Shown here: positions 36,927-50,067 of the stretch, piece by piece
How the letters are laid out: every line of letters starts with the position of its first letter
Position numbering within the stretch: position 1 is the stretch's first letter
From: Paraspadella gotoi
Taxonomy: Eukaryota > Animalia > Chaetognatha
Length of the DNA: 64,000 nt
NCBI GenBank assembly: GCA_051294375.1
Contig: CM119263.1
Coordinates: forward strand, 30,674,258-30,738,257
Direction: 5' to 3'
Position numbers and translations under genes: made by a program
The notes under the pieces: model-generated
The model's database searches: none
Told to the model about the DNA's origin: nothing
What the model saw: only the letters and a program-made list of their open reading frames with translations

Positions 36927-37123
36927 CTATCTTCAATACATTTCAAGTTATGTCAAAAGCGAAATATTTTTCCCCGGTGACTTGATAATAAAAGAAAATG
37001 ATGTGGTTTTTAAGGCATATTACATATTTTATGGATCTTGCCAATTAATATTCAATGATGGTTTTAACAAAATCTTAAATGTTGGAAAAGTTTTTGGCCA
37101 ACAATTTCTTTTCTTTTCCAAAC
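36927..37123 (+). CDS. CNBD exon of channel gene 2
   Basis: Acceptor ttatag|c is phase-2 compatible with 33404; EIFFPGDLIIKENDVVFKAYYIFYGSC...GKVFGQ; donor c|gtaagt. Confidence 0.85.
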
Positions 37124-37789
37124 GTAAGTTTAATAAATACTGATACACCTTAGTTTTAGTGTTTATTCTCTATATAGACGTTTCAGATTTCTTATTTTAA
37201 AATTAGCAATCTTATCTCGTCGAGAAATCATGAAATATTTTTTTAATGGAGAAACTGGGAGAAACTTGGTTAAAAAATAGATATAAGACACAATGCAAGT
37301 TAACGTGGCGAAGCTTACCCATGCAAATTTTTATCATATTTATTAATCTGTGAGCCAAACTTAAAGCTTTACATTAATAATACTGCATGCACTTGGTTCA
37401 ACCAGACTTCCTTTACTTTTACCATAACCCTCACTTATCTACAAAAAAGGAAAATTAGTAAAAAAGCAGTAAGAAGCAGACTCGTAGTGGCGAAAATCTA
37501 TGACAAAATTTTGTACTCCTTGATTTGTCAGTTAAACTGTGTAAAGAATAGTCGTACGTTTACTGAATAGCTGTATTGCATTGCATAGTCGTACTAGCGC
37601 TGCTTACGGCGTCGTCGATATTTGTTTATTTGAGTTGCCTTCACTACCGTTTTTGAGGCGCCCTAAAACGATTCAACGTTACGAGTTTTTGAAACAAGAT
37701 TATTTTGAGGAAAAACGTAAAAATCCTTAACTGCCCAAAATGTAAGATGAAATTGTAAAATGTAATTCGACATTGTATTTGATAAATAA

Positions 37790-38300
37790 TATTTCTGCAG
37801 AGTTTGAACGCTTCTTTGTACTTTCCTACACTACATAGGAGTCTACGTCGTTCTTAGAGATCGAGGAAGACTTTTTCAATAAAGATTTTCGTTCAAATCT
37901 GACTACCAAACAAAATAAACGCTCCTGGTAAAAATTCCGGTAAAATATCGATTTAAAAACACTTGATTCCGATCCTGTTGTATCTGAAGGGCTCCCATTT
38001 TTTTTCTTGTCAAATCATCATCTTGATATCAAACAACCCAGAACAAATAGACTGCTTCTGGACGGAAAAATTTTCCATCTCTGATTTTATATAAAAATGA
38101 AAGGGATTTTTTTCCTTGAAAACAATATAAACGTGACTGGAGTATGTTCATGTTCAACAAATGAGGTCCAATTTTGGAATTCTTTGGCAAAGTGTCTGAA
38201 GGGCTCTCAAAATTTTTTTTTTACATTTTATTTGGTTATTTTGATAATGATACGATCATGGTAAAGTGAATTAGTCCATTTTGGTGAAATTTTTATTTAA
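37790..38300 (+). repeat. Dispersed repeat (unclassified, probably DNA transposon derived)
   Basis: Diverged direct similarity to ~55825-56400 (gtcgttcttagagat.gaggaaga...). Confidence 0.6.
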
Positions 38301-38609
38301 AGTAAAAGTAAAAGAGGAGCTAACGATTGGAATTCTAAGAGTTTTCAACCGGGAGTCAGATTCGGGAAAAATCTTCTATGGCGAAAATCTTCCAAAGAAG
38401 GGGTTGTTTTTCCCGAAGATTTTGGTTAATATTTCTTATTTTATAGTCGGATTTTTTTGAAACTTAATATTAACAAATATTGCCATCATTCTACCTTGGC
38501 CGGTAAATAGAATATTTAAAAAAACCTCGGGCTTTTGTTCGTCAGAGCTTAGTCCTACACTACATTTCCTACAATAAACTACACTTCGTTGAAACTCACG
38601 GGCATTAAA

Positions 38610-39270
38610 TGAAATTGGTAAACCAAATATAAAAATTATCCATTCATTTAATAAATAAGCTATCTTGTCCCTGACTTTGGACAGGCTTTGGTGGTTTTAA
38701 GGCCTCCACAGATAATAAACATAGCAGGTTTCTGCAAGCTTTCAATCAAGACTCTCTCACAGTCTTCTTTATTCACTCCCAGTGAACCTGCTTCCCTATC
38801 AATGAAGTGGTATAATATTTCAAAGAATGTTTCAAATGTATGAAAAGACCACTCCCTTAAGTATTAGATCGGGAATACTATATTGTACTCCGCACTAGCA
38901 ATCAAATACAAGGAGCCTGAATTTTATGAAATTGGGTACAACCAATATAAAAATTAATCCATTCATTTAAATAAATAAGCTATCTTGTCCTGACTTTGGA
39001 CAGGCTTTGGTGGTTTTAAGGCTCCATCACACTTACAAAGATATAACATAGCAGGTTTCTGCAAGCTTTCAATCAAAGACTCTCTCACAGTCTTATTTAT
39101 TCAATCCCAGTGAACCTGGCTTCCCTATCCAATGAAGTGGGTATAATATTTCAAAGAATGTTTCAATTGTATGAAAAGACCACTCCCTTAAGTATTAGAT
39201 CGGGATATATATTGTACTCTGCACTAGCATAAAATACAAGGAGCTGAATTTTATGAAATTGGTACAACCA
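38610..39270 (-). mobile_element. Tandem ~315-bp duplication of a probable Penelope-like element 3' end
   Basis: Units 38610-38925 and 38926-39270; - strand FEILYHF...ERVLIESLQKPAM is GIY-YIG-tail-like; similar to 29550-29610, which precedes a hammerhead. Confidence 0.5.
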
Positions 39271-39694
39271 ACCGATATTAGACAGTTTTTGATAGGCTTT
39301 AGTAGTGGAAAATTCGACTTTTCATAAACTGTATAGCCAAAAAATATTAAAAATGATTATAATTATACACCAAATGATAGCTGAAAAAAAGATCTTACTC
39401 TCTGATCCATTATTTCATAATTTTGAATTTAGAAAATATAAGTTTTAGATTAATCAATTTGAAAATTAAAATGACAAATTTTTTTCCAACTTTTTCAAGA
39501 TTTGATTTTTTTTTACTGTATTCCTCCTGTGTTGAGGCAAAGAATAAGGAAGACATTTTAAGTCATGTTATTGCAATCATATATGTATATTTTGAAACAA
39601 TTTGAAAATTTTTATTTCTTAAAAAAATAGGAAAAAAACATTTTGGAAAAAAAGATTTTGAGCATTAAAATTTTAGATCTGGAAATAGAAAACG

Positions 39695-39815
39695 AATTTT
39701 GAATTTTCAAAAAATCAAAAAATCTAGCTATTTGAATTTTGAATTTTCAAAAAATCAAAAAATCTAGCTATTTGAATTTTGAATTTTCAAAAAATCAAAA
39801 AATCTAGCTATTTGA
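39695..39815 (+). repeat. 39-bp tandem repeat x3
   Basis: gaattttgaattttcaaaaaatcaaaaaatctagctattt repeated. Confidence 0.85.
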
Positions 39816-39895
39816 TTTTGCTACAATCTGATTTTTTTTTTGATATCTTTTATTTTAGAGTAGAAATAAAATTCTCAATGAGCATAGGTTAGTTC

Positions 39896-40657
39896 ATTAT
39901 CGAGCCTGCCGGCGAAGCCGGTCCAGGCTCAATATTGTTTCGGGTGAGCTTTTTTGTGACGTCGTCGTCGTCGTCGTCGGCGTCACGCTTTTTTATATAA
40001 AAACTACTACGCTTTTATAGTTTTGGCTGGGACTTACCATTTTTTTAAATAAAAATTATAATGAATTACGATGAAGTTTTATAAAAGTGTGCGATCATAG
40101 TAAGTTAAAAATTTAGATATGGCTTCCCATCTTAAAATAGCTTTGAAATTTTCATATTACATTTGGCTTTAAGTATTTTTTGTTTGAATTTCCACTTGAT
40201 TACTATGATTTACTGCAATATGCAAATGAGATTATAATACTCATTATATTATCCAAATTATTATATAGAAATGCTTTAATCTAATTTACATATTGCAGTA
40301 AATAATATTGAAGAAAAAATTCATAAAAAATCTTTGAATCAATAAAAAACATATGAAATCAAAAGACCTTTTTAATGAGAAGCTATATCTTAATTTTAAT
40401 ACAAATAAAAATAAAATCTTTTATAAGCTATGATTGGTAAAAATTGTAACAATTTTTAATTGTAAACAATTGTAACTTTTTTTGCCTTTCTTTTATTTAT
40501 TCAAATTATATATACATTTTTCTTCCTATTTTTGTCAGGGGCTGCCTTTTCTGAATCGTCTAAAAACGAGTTCAGGTTCTGCAGTGACTGTTCAGCGGCC
40601 TTCCAGCGGCTGTCCAGCTTTCTCTCTCTGTCTCTCTTTGTCTCTTTCTCGATGTCT

Positions 40658-40688
<31 letters not shown>

Positions 40689-40760
40689 TTTACGATCTCT
40701 TGCCTGATCGTTCGTTTTCTTTTTCCTTCTAAAACTTTTATTATCGCCTTTTATTCCGAT
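39896..40760 (+). mobile_element. HINE-like family H2
   Basis: gagcctgccggcgaagccggtccaggctc hairpin, (gtc)n, (tc)n. Confidence 0.7.
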
Positions 40761-42367
40761 TTTAAAAAAAAACTTTTTACTTTTTAAAATGAAAAAATAA
40801 ATAGCTAAAATTATTTTTTATTTTTTTATTTAAATTAATTTCTACCAGAATGATTTTGTCCAAACTTAAGATTAAGCTCAATCAACCTCTTTTCTGGCCA
40901 CACAAAATTTCAGATCAATCTATCAATTTACTCAAATATAATGATAGGTTAATGTTACAAATGGATGGACAAACAAATAAATGAATGGAAAGAGGGGAGG
41001 ATTCTATTTTTTTGAATAATTTTTTATAAATCAGTATTCTAAGATGAACCAAGTTATTTACCAACAAGATATGAGGGGTGGACAGATAAATGGATAAATT
41101 GGACTATTATAGAAAAAAATTTATATATTAATTTTTTTTTATTATCCTATATTTAGTCATATCCTAACTAAAATATTATTTTGCATTGATTTTTTTTCAT
41201 ATATGAATTAAACCATGATGTTTCATATAACCTATTCACTAGTATATGGAAAAAGCAGCTGAGTGATAACTTACCCAAGGTTATTTTCAAAGCTTTTTAC
41301 ATCTAAGTTTTTTCTTATAGCATCTCATGTTGAAGCAGTCTAATTATATTAGAACTAATTTTTTTTATTTTTGTCATAATTTTAAAAAAATTGATTGTTT
41401 TCAGTATTTATTATTCTTTTTTCGTCAATATTTATGATACTGAAGATTAACATTGAGTAGTTATCGACAGAATATATCAAAATTTATTAGTCCCAATTAT
41501 TAAAAATGTAAATATAAGATTTAGCTGTGTCTACGAGGCCTGGCAGAAAAAAAATGATCACAATTTTTTTTATGTCATAATGCTATCATCGCAGAGGAAT
41601 AAAACTCAAGAAACCGGATCGGCGACTCGAGTAAAGATTAAGATTAAGATTAAGATTATTACTTAAATGCTATCATAAAATAATTTTAATGCATCATGTG
41701 AGGTATGACAGCACGTGAAAAAAATTTTTTTTAATAAATATAAAAATCACCAGACTACCCTACTATAATAATTGCTAACAGAGAAAATAATTTTTTAACT
41801 TTTCAGATATTGTGTTTTACATTCTATTATTGTTTACAACAACGACTTTTTTAAAACTATGAATATTGAATAATAAAGTCGTCGGAAATATATTGGCTTT
41901 AATCGCGAACCTTTTTTATGGCGCTGATTAGATGATTAGATGAAGGTCTGCAATTAAAGCAATAAAATCCTCTCTAAACAAATAAAAGATTTTCGATTTT
42001 TCTCCCTCTTATTTCAGAAAGAAATATAACAAACAAAAAAAGTTTTTTTGGAATATATATATTTATAAATTGAATCATAAACGATATAAAATATTTATTT
42101 CAGCGGCGCGTTTTTCTGTAAAAGCATCACAGCTCTGCATCTGTTATTCGCTTCATCACGAAATTGTGACTCAAATTCTTATTTCACTGGCGAGATTTCA
42201 TATGGCAGATTTGGATATCGAGACACGGTTTGATGATAGGCTTATTGCAGATTTGACGTTTACTGCCAGACAGAAAATTCTTTGAATCAATAAAAAATAG
42301 TAAATGTAAATTTTTAAATCATTTAATTATGTGGCTGATAAATCAAATTTCATTCTTTTAATATTTT

Positions 42368-42777
42368 TGTATCGTCGCAGAGAATGAATTATCAAGTAGG
42401 TCGCTTCTCTTGGCTTCTCCGTCTGATTGACCAATCAGAGAGCTTGCCTCTCTTGGTTTTTCCGTCTTTTCGTCTGATTGACCAATCAGAGAACAGGCTT
42501 CCATCAAGAAACCGACGACAGAGAAACGAGAGAGGGAACGTGATCACTGATCACTCTTCAACTTACCTTCAAGAAACTAACATCAAACTCTTATGGACCA
42601 TTTGTTATATTATTATATTATTGTTTACTGCCTGCCTTTTATCAGCATAATATACATAATTTTTAAGTCAATTGTAATCATCCCAACGTGTTCATATGTC
42701 AATAAAACTCCTCCTATTTCTCCCGTAATAAACAACGCCTACTTCATTTATTGTGGTGGCAGCTGTGAAATTCGAAT
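42368..42777 (+). mobile_element. LTR with adjacent degraded tRNA-Leu PBS (truncated LTR retrotransposon)
   Basis: TG...CA 42368-42746 with duplicated ctgattgaccaatcag and AATAAA; TGGTGGCAGCTGTGAAATTCGAA at 42754 resembles the tRNA-Leu 3' complement. Confidence 0.6.
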
Positions 42778-42933
42778 TCTTGCTTCCATAGAGACTGGAT
42801 TGGAAAGGTTTTGACTCACCACGCCTAACAAGAAGAGCACTCTTCCGGAACTACTCTTCTCTACAAAATATTTATTCAAATTCATCCCCCTTAAACAAAA
42901 AATATCTTTCTTCTTCACCTAAAATTAACAAAT

Positions 42934-43147
42934 TATGGTGGACTAAAATCCACCAACCGTTCATCAGCGACCATTGGTGCAGTAGGCAAGTCATTCGTCT
43001 CCCAACCCAAAGGTGCGTGGTTTTAACCCGGTGGTCGCCTAGCAGTTAAGAGGGACGGGGCGCTTAAACCGCCTGTAAAACGGTGTTACAGCCTGATCCG
43101 AAGCTCAGTTCTGTCATTAACATATAACAATAATTACTGTCTCTTCA
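42934..43147 (+). mobile_element. TRIM family A solo LTR
   Basis: tatggtgg...ctcttca with 4-bp TSD aaat. Confidence 0.9.
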
Positions 43148-43531
43148 AAATAAACTTTTCCTCTAAGTCAAAAAATAAATAAATGATTAAATTAACCTTT
43201 AACAAAAGGAAGACAATCCAGCTTCCAAATTATAAAAATGATGCGAATTCAGGAGTGCGTTCTGAGTATAAAACAAAATTGGACTAAAATAATCATCTCC
43301 ACCTCAAAAAAAAAAAAAATAAAAAGAAACAAAAAAAAAAAATCAAACATCAAATTCATTTTTCGTCTTTAATAAATTCATTGTCTTAAAGAAATTGTTT
43401 TCTCTCATTTAATGCTACATACGCAACGAAAATAGAGATTCATAATAATGCCATTAACAATGTGATTAACAATGCCATTAACAATGCCATTAACAATGCC
43501 TCTAACTTTACAATTTTTTTTTATGTATCAG

Positions 43532-43640
43532 GAAAAACACTACTGAGAAGGATTATAGCATCAAGTTTGATAACACGTCCATCAAAGGAAGCATTAAAGA
43601 AACTGTAGAAGTCTTAGAAAAATCAGTTGAAAAGTTAGAG
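43532..43640 (+). CDS. Probable inter-repeat linker exon of channel gene 2
   Basis: Polypyrimidine + cag acceptor, open frame KNTTEKDY...VEKLE, donor gag|gtatgg, in frame with the next exon over a 73-nt intron. Confidence 0.55.
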
Positions 43641-43713
43641 GTATGGCCTGTTTTTTTTGTTAATTATTAAAAGAATGAAATTGATAATTATTCCCCCTTT
43701 CCATATATTTCAG

Positions 43714-43884
43714 ACATTTAAAAAGCCATACAGGGACCTAAAGCGGCGATTTCTCTCTGTTTTTCAACAACATCAAGATTTCTTTGACAAACTTGCTTGG
43801 AAATTTGTTCATTATTCAGGTTCAAATATATATTTTTTTGGCTCTTTTTTCCAAGACTGCCCCATTTCTGTTCATTTATCCTAG
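43714..43884 (+). CDS. Probable pre-S1/S1 exon of a further channel repeat
   Basis: tttcag acceptor; TFKKPY...WKFVHYSGSNIYFF; one extra T in the T-run would give YFFWLFF, like CNG pre-S1 DPSGNxYYxWLF. Confidence 0.5.
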   Translation, partial: TFKKPYRDLKRRFLSVFQQHQDFFDKLAWKFVHYSGSNIYFFGSFFQDCPISVHLS

Positions 43885-44388
43885 AATTTAATCTTAATAT
43901 TTAACTTAAATATATTTTTAAACTTATTTAATATCTAACGCTAAAACTTTATCCCTAACCTTAACCTTATTATGAACCCAAACCATAAACACTAGAGTGG
44001 AACACTGGGGGGACATAAATTTTATTTGAGTGAACAAACAAGGATATTTAGACGTGAGAATTTCTGTTTCACTCTCACTAATTATTAAGTAGATTAATTG
44101 TTAAATTTCACTAATATTCATCAGTTTAAAACTTTATTATTATTGTTATACATTGCACAATGTAAAGATTTTTGCACTGTTTTTTTCTCTCTCCCTCTCT
44201 CTCTCTCTTTTTCACCATTTCACTTCTTTTCACAACTTACTCTGTCTTTTCTCAACTTCAGCCTATCCTCACCAATTGACCACTGTCCTTTCTAAACTCT
44301 GTGTTGGAAACTTTGCCCCCTCTCTCTCTCTGTTTATCTCTCTTTCTCTCTTCCTTTACACAAAATATTTTCCATATTCACATTAACG

Positions 44389-44422
44389 CTGATGAAGGCT
44401 TGAAATGAAGCCGAAACATGTC
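44389..44422 (+). ncRNA. Minimal hammerhead ribozyme in a Penelope-like 3' fragment (44100-44460)
   Basis: aacg-CTGATGA-a-GGCTT-loop-AAGCC-GAAAC-ATGTC-tgtt; upstream sequence resembles the reverse complement of 9650-9860. Confidence 0.8.
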
Positions 44423-44622
44423 TGTTTTACAATAAAATAAAATCGTTGTCAAAACTAAACACAAACTGTCTCTGATTAAGGAGTACATGGCTTATATTGT
44501 TTGGGGAACAGTATCATTAATTACAATATATTTATAGTAATATCCTTATAAAATCATAAATTTTCAAAATAATTTTTTTTAAATTTTTATTAAATATTCT
44601 GATTCTTCATAAAAATTTAGAT

Positions 44623-45313
44623 TGAAGAGGCTGGTTTTACAGGGCGCCACACCCGCAGCAGTGTCACCTCGTGTCGACAGCAAGACAGCATGTTCAATGT
44701 TCATGTAGTCCAGAGCTTTGGATCTGGCAGCAGGCCTTAGTCTACAGGCGGGTTACCCGGTCCATCCCACTTTCTTCATGACAACCTAAGGGCTCGAACC
44801 AGGGACGCACATTGAGATGGTCCACTGAGCCACTGAGGCGCTGCGATGGAAAAAGCTTTAATCTATCAGCCACCCCCAGGACTCTCACTATTACATATGA
44901 GAGTATGAATCAGGGGATGAAGGGCATGTCTCTCCGCTGAACCTCTCTTCATTCTGGTAACCCTTGCATTGAGTGGTAGCTGTGTAGCTTAAACCACATC
45001 AAGGGCAGAGGAGTATTATCATGCCTGGTTTGCGTGTTCAGGATCACGTCGGGCTCACCATTGAAGAGGCTGGTTTTATCCACAGCGGTGTCACCTCGTG
45101 GCAGCATGTTCAATTGTTCATGTAGTCCAGAGCTTTGGATCTGGTAGTTGGCCTAAGCCTACAAGTGGGTTACCCGGTCCATCCCACTTTCTATATGACA
45201 ACCTCAGGGCTCGAACCAGGGACACACATTGGGATGGTGCATTAGTCCACTGAGCCACTGAGGCGCTGAGATGGAAACAGCTTTAATCTATCTGTGATGA
45301 TAGGACCACCAGA
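44623..45313 (-). mobile_element. TRIM family B, full copy
   Basis: Two LTRs, PBS TGGTGAGCCCGACGTGATC, 4-bp TSD agat. Confidence 0.9.
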
Positions 45314-45333
45314 AGATCAAAAATATAAAATAT

Positions 45334-45792
45334 TATGGTGGACTAAAATTCACCAACCGTTCATCAGCGGCCATTGGTCCCGGAGGCAAGTCATTCGCCT
45401 CCCAACCCAAAGGTCCGGGGTTCTAGCCCGGTGGTCGCCTTGCAGCTAAGAGAAACGGGGCGCTTAACCCGCCTGTAACACAGTGTTACAGCCTGATCCA
45501 AAGCTCAGGGACTGCTTATATTGAACGGTTCTGTCACTAACACATAACAATTATTACAGTATCTTCATTGGTGAGCCCGACTTCCGCAACAACAGCAACA
45601 ACAACACTTTCAGGCGACATGCCTCAACCTGGCGATGCACTTTCCGCCAACTTCACATCAGGCAACATGCCTCAACTTGGTGATGAACTTTCCACCAGCA
45701 ATAATTTACTGAACAGCCTGATCCGAAGCTCAGGGACTGCTTATATTGAACGGTTCTGTCACTAATACATAATAATTATTACTGTCTCTTCA
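45334..45792 (+). mobile_element. TRIM family A, internally deleted copy
   Basis: Complete 5' LTR, PBS, partial 3' LTR; 4-bp TSD atat. Confidence 0.88.
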
Positions 45793-47258
45793 ATATGTTA
45801 TTAAATATTTCAATGTCCTCAGCATCAAAAATGGAAAAAAAAGATCAAACTCTCCACTTTTTCACATTTTGTAGTAGAAACTATTATATAATGAAACGTT
45901 TTGGTCATTTTTTGCAGTTTTAACCTTAAAATATCATGTAACATATTTTACGAAAGTTTTTCATTTTTTTCCAGTGAATCCCAAGCTGTTCTTAAAATTA
46001 AAAAAATATGATTTATAAATTTTATGATTTTATAAGGATATAATTATAAATAAAATTTAATTAATATGTGATTTTATTCGAATACCACAAGGTTGATTCA
46101 GTACAATCATCATCAACAAACAAACATAGACTGTCTGTGCAAACGAAAAACATAATAAAATTAAAAAAAACAGTTAATTAAATAAAATTAATTAATTAAT
46201 TCTTATGTTGTAAAAAACAGAACAAGTTTCTGAAGAACAGTATTTTTCATTGAGTAGATCTTTGAGATAAAGGTTTTCTTACGATTATTAAAAATTGTAG
46301 AAGGGTCGTGGTATCCAAACATACTCCTAAGTTCTCTCATACTTTGGTATTTTAACAACTATATATAAGCTAATCAATTACTTTACATACTACACACTCA
46401 CTCAGTGATGACAAATTTTATATTAATATATAACCCCGGATATATTAACAGGGGGGCATGCGGCCACTTGAGCGAGTGAAATCAAAATGGAATTAAATAC
46501 ATTATTAATCATTGAGAAAAACAAACCTAAATTAAAAACTGATTTTATTCTGCCAATTCAAATCATCTGTAATGCATCAATAACTCTACCGGTCACGCCT
46601 TCCCTGCGATGTCAATATCCAAGTGTCTTCACCTTTGGCTACTCCTCCTTAGGACCGTGACACTCCAGTTGTCACGCCCTTTGTCACGCTGTGGCCAACC
46701 TCCGGGTCGTGCCACATAAATAATATTTTACCTGAATTTAATTTTTTTTTCCAAAATTTTTTTTAAAAAATAATTTTTATTAGAAAAAATTATTTTATAA
46801 ATAAAAAACGAAAATGTCTTTGTTATGTTTTATATTTATTACTTATTAACCTTTATTACTAAATATTATAAAGGTTTATTTAATAAAACTTCAAGGTTAA
46901 GAAAAGTAAACTTACTTGCCATGTTTAATATGAGAAAGAGTTAGTGTTAAACCAAATAACAAAAAATTTACCAATAAATAGATTAATAAGTTTAATTAAA
47001 TTTAATCATATAATAATAATATTATTATTAATAATATCAATAATAATGATAAAATAAATATTAATAATAATTGGAATTTAATACTATTTAAAAATTTGTA
47101 CTAAAATTATCAAAAATATTAATTAAAATTGATTTTATCTTAAAAGTTCCTATAAATTCTTAAGTTCAAACACCGCTGAAAAGGCGATTGTACTCTATCA
47201 TTTGGTTTTTTTGTTTTTTTGTTTGTTTTTATGATTCCAAAATATAAAGCAGACAAAG

Positions 47259-47473
47259 AACAAGTTTGAGCAAACAATGTCGGATCTCCTACGATAATTA
47301 TAATTAATTATATTAATTAATTAGATAATTTTAATATTTAATAATTAATTATAAATTTATATTCAGCTTATCATCATCGATGTCCTTAAAATTGGGTCAG
47401 GACAGTTATTAAAATGTTTTGTTTACATTTTATCAAAACAAACAAATATCCTCTATTTTATTTTATGTCTCCT

Positions 47474-47504
<31 letters not shown>

Positions 47505-48742
47505 ATGCAATTGCGACGATTGCTTTTAAATTTTTTTAACTTGCATCATTTTTTCTGCTGCATAACTTGCATAATTTTTTTAAATTGCATCACTTTTTCT
47601 CATTAATTAATTATTAATTAATTAAAACATTTATTAGTAATCATTAATAATAAAGATTCAAGTAATGTGACTTATGTTTTTTCCATTTAAACTCATTTCC
47701 ACTTGCACAATTCCATCAAAACTTTATATCTGGCTTCTTCTCACACTTTCCTACGGCTCACAAATTTCATCTCAATCTATCAAGGGTTAAAATAAATAAA
47801 AAGATTCAAGTAAATGTGACTCATTTCTACTTGTACGTTTCCACCGAAACTTTATATCAAGCTTCGTCACACATTTTCCTACCCACACAAAATTTTAACT
47901 CAATCAATCCATCCAATCATGATTAATTAGAGTATTTATTGGTTAAAATAATTAAAAAGATTTTAGTAAATGGGACTTATGGTTTTTCATTTAAACTTTT
48001 TCACTCTTACGATCCCATCGAAACTTTATATCCAGCTTTATCACACACTTTCCTACCACACACAAAATTTTATTCCGATTCACCAGCCAATCACAGTTAT
48101 TGGAACTTTTTGCTAAGGTGGGATGGATGGACGGATTGATTGACTGATTAATTAATTATTGATTAATTGACTAATTGATTAATTAACTGATTAATTATTT
48201 GATTTATTATTACATCCTGCATATACTTAATATAAAAGAAAAAGAAGCATAATCAATTAGTGAAACAGGTTTTTGTTTTTTTCCATTTAAACTCATTTCC
48301 ACTCAAACGATTCCATCGAAACTTGATTTCCTGTTCAATCACACACTTTCCTACCCACATATAAAATTCCAGGCCAATCGCTCCATCCACTCATGAGCAA
48401 TTGGTGTTCAAATAGTGAAATATATTTTTTTTGTTTTTTCCATTTAAACTCATTTCCATTCGGACGATTCCATCGAAACTTTATACCAAAGCTCAATCAC
48501 ACACTTTCCTACCCACACACAAATTTTTATTCAAATCCATCCATCCAATCACAAGTAATTGGTGTTTTTTGCTAAGGTGGGACAGACGACGGAGGACGGA
48601 CACGCAAATTTTTTTGCATAATTTATCATAATTCGATGTTCTGACATGATATAAGTTCGTGCCCGACAATATTGAGGGCGGCGACGGACCGACAAAGTGG
48701 ATTATAGAGTTGGATCCTGCTGATAACAGATCCGACTAAAAA
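47259..48742 (-). mobile_element. H1 HINE-like element, both termini present
   Basis: aacaagtttgagcaaacaatgtcggatc at left, 5' hairpin + A-run at right. Confidence 0.8.
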
Positions 48743-50067
48743 CCAAATAGAAGAAGTCGTTAAAAGAGATCCAGTGTGGTTATTGATTTTTGGTTGATCT
48801 ACACACATGGCTACAACAATGGCTTTACCGTATTTTCACGTTTAGAACGCTTCGCGGTCTATGCGAAATATCTTTTGAATTTCACGCCGTGATATCGGCG
48901 TTTAGGCGTCGTTCGTCCCTTGTAAATCTCTTTATCTCATCTCTTTATGAAAATACGCTGAATGACGAGGAAATTGATTATTAAAGAGTGGAGAAGAAAG
49001 TTGGAAAATGCTCTTCGATGCCCCCCTTCCGTCTGATGGAGCAGCGAATCTTTTCTCGCTCTTTCTCATCTCTTGGCTGGATGACTCAGTCAGGATCGGA
49101 TGACAACAAAAACGACGATAATTTGAAACAATGGATTAATTGCTTAGGGTTTCGGTTAGGGATAAGGTTAGATTAGAGGATAGATATTAGGGTTAGGGAT
49201 TAGGTTAGGGATTAGAGTTGTCTTTCCCTACACTACTTTTAAACAAAAAAATTCTGGCTTGCTGGGTGACTCATTGGACAGGATCGAGATCGACAGAAAC
49301 GACGACGATAATTTGAACGATGGAGGAAGCAGTTGCGACGGTGCACGAGGGATGATGCGAGCGTATGGAAGCAGCAAAAGATATGAGCTTTTTGCGTGTG
49401 TTTTAGGAGCCGCAGCAAGGGGGCATCGATGGAAATAAGTGCCAATTGAATTTAAAAATCTTAAATATATTATCTTAAATTAATGATCGCAAATCTTGAA
49501 ATGACGATGTGAGGATCGTAAAATGACAATTGTGAAGTGACAATTTTGAAGTGACGATTGTGAAGTGATCATTGTAAAATGACCATTGTGAAGTGACGAT
49601 TTGAAGTGACCATTGTGAAGTCACAATCGTGAAGTTTGAATTCACAATATTGAACGCACATTCATAAATTAACGATTTTTAATTGACATTAATTTTGCTG
49701 GCAAGATGATCCTAAATACTTTGTTATTTATTACCTTTTTGTTCTCTTACATATTCTGTTATTATTTTATTACTTTTATAATTTACATTTATAACATTTC
49801 CTTTTTTTCTGCTTTGCTTATTCTTTTAATTCTTATGAGGCCCGAGATCGCGCTAAATCGCTATTACCGATTTAAAGCTTCGTACTACGCGTAGTTCAAA
49901 TCCTTTCTGGATCAAAACGAGTTCGATTTTAAGCGCGATTTTCGCGATCGTTTTTTTGCTATAACTTAGAACGGATTATCCGATTTTGATGAAATGTTGC
50001 ATGTAGATAACATTTTTTTGAATTTCATATCGATCGGCACCAAATTCATTTAAAAATACTAAATAGT

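Noticed and set aside
41150-41950. Possible extra channel exons (ILTKILFCIDFF...; YCVLHSII...DFF)
   Set aside because: They need frameshifts and do not fit exon phase or order convincingly
45367-45438. Candidate tRNA genes in TRIM LTRs
   Set aside because: Anticodon and D arms do not pair properly and they are embedded in LTRs; treated as tRNA-derived promoter modules
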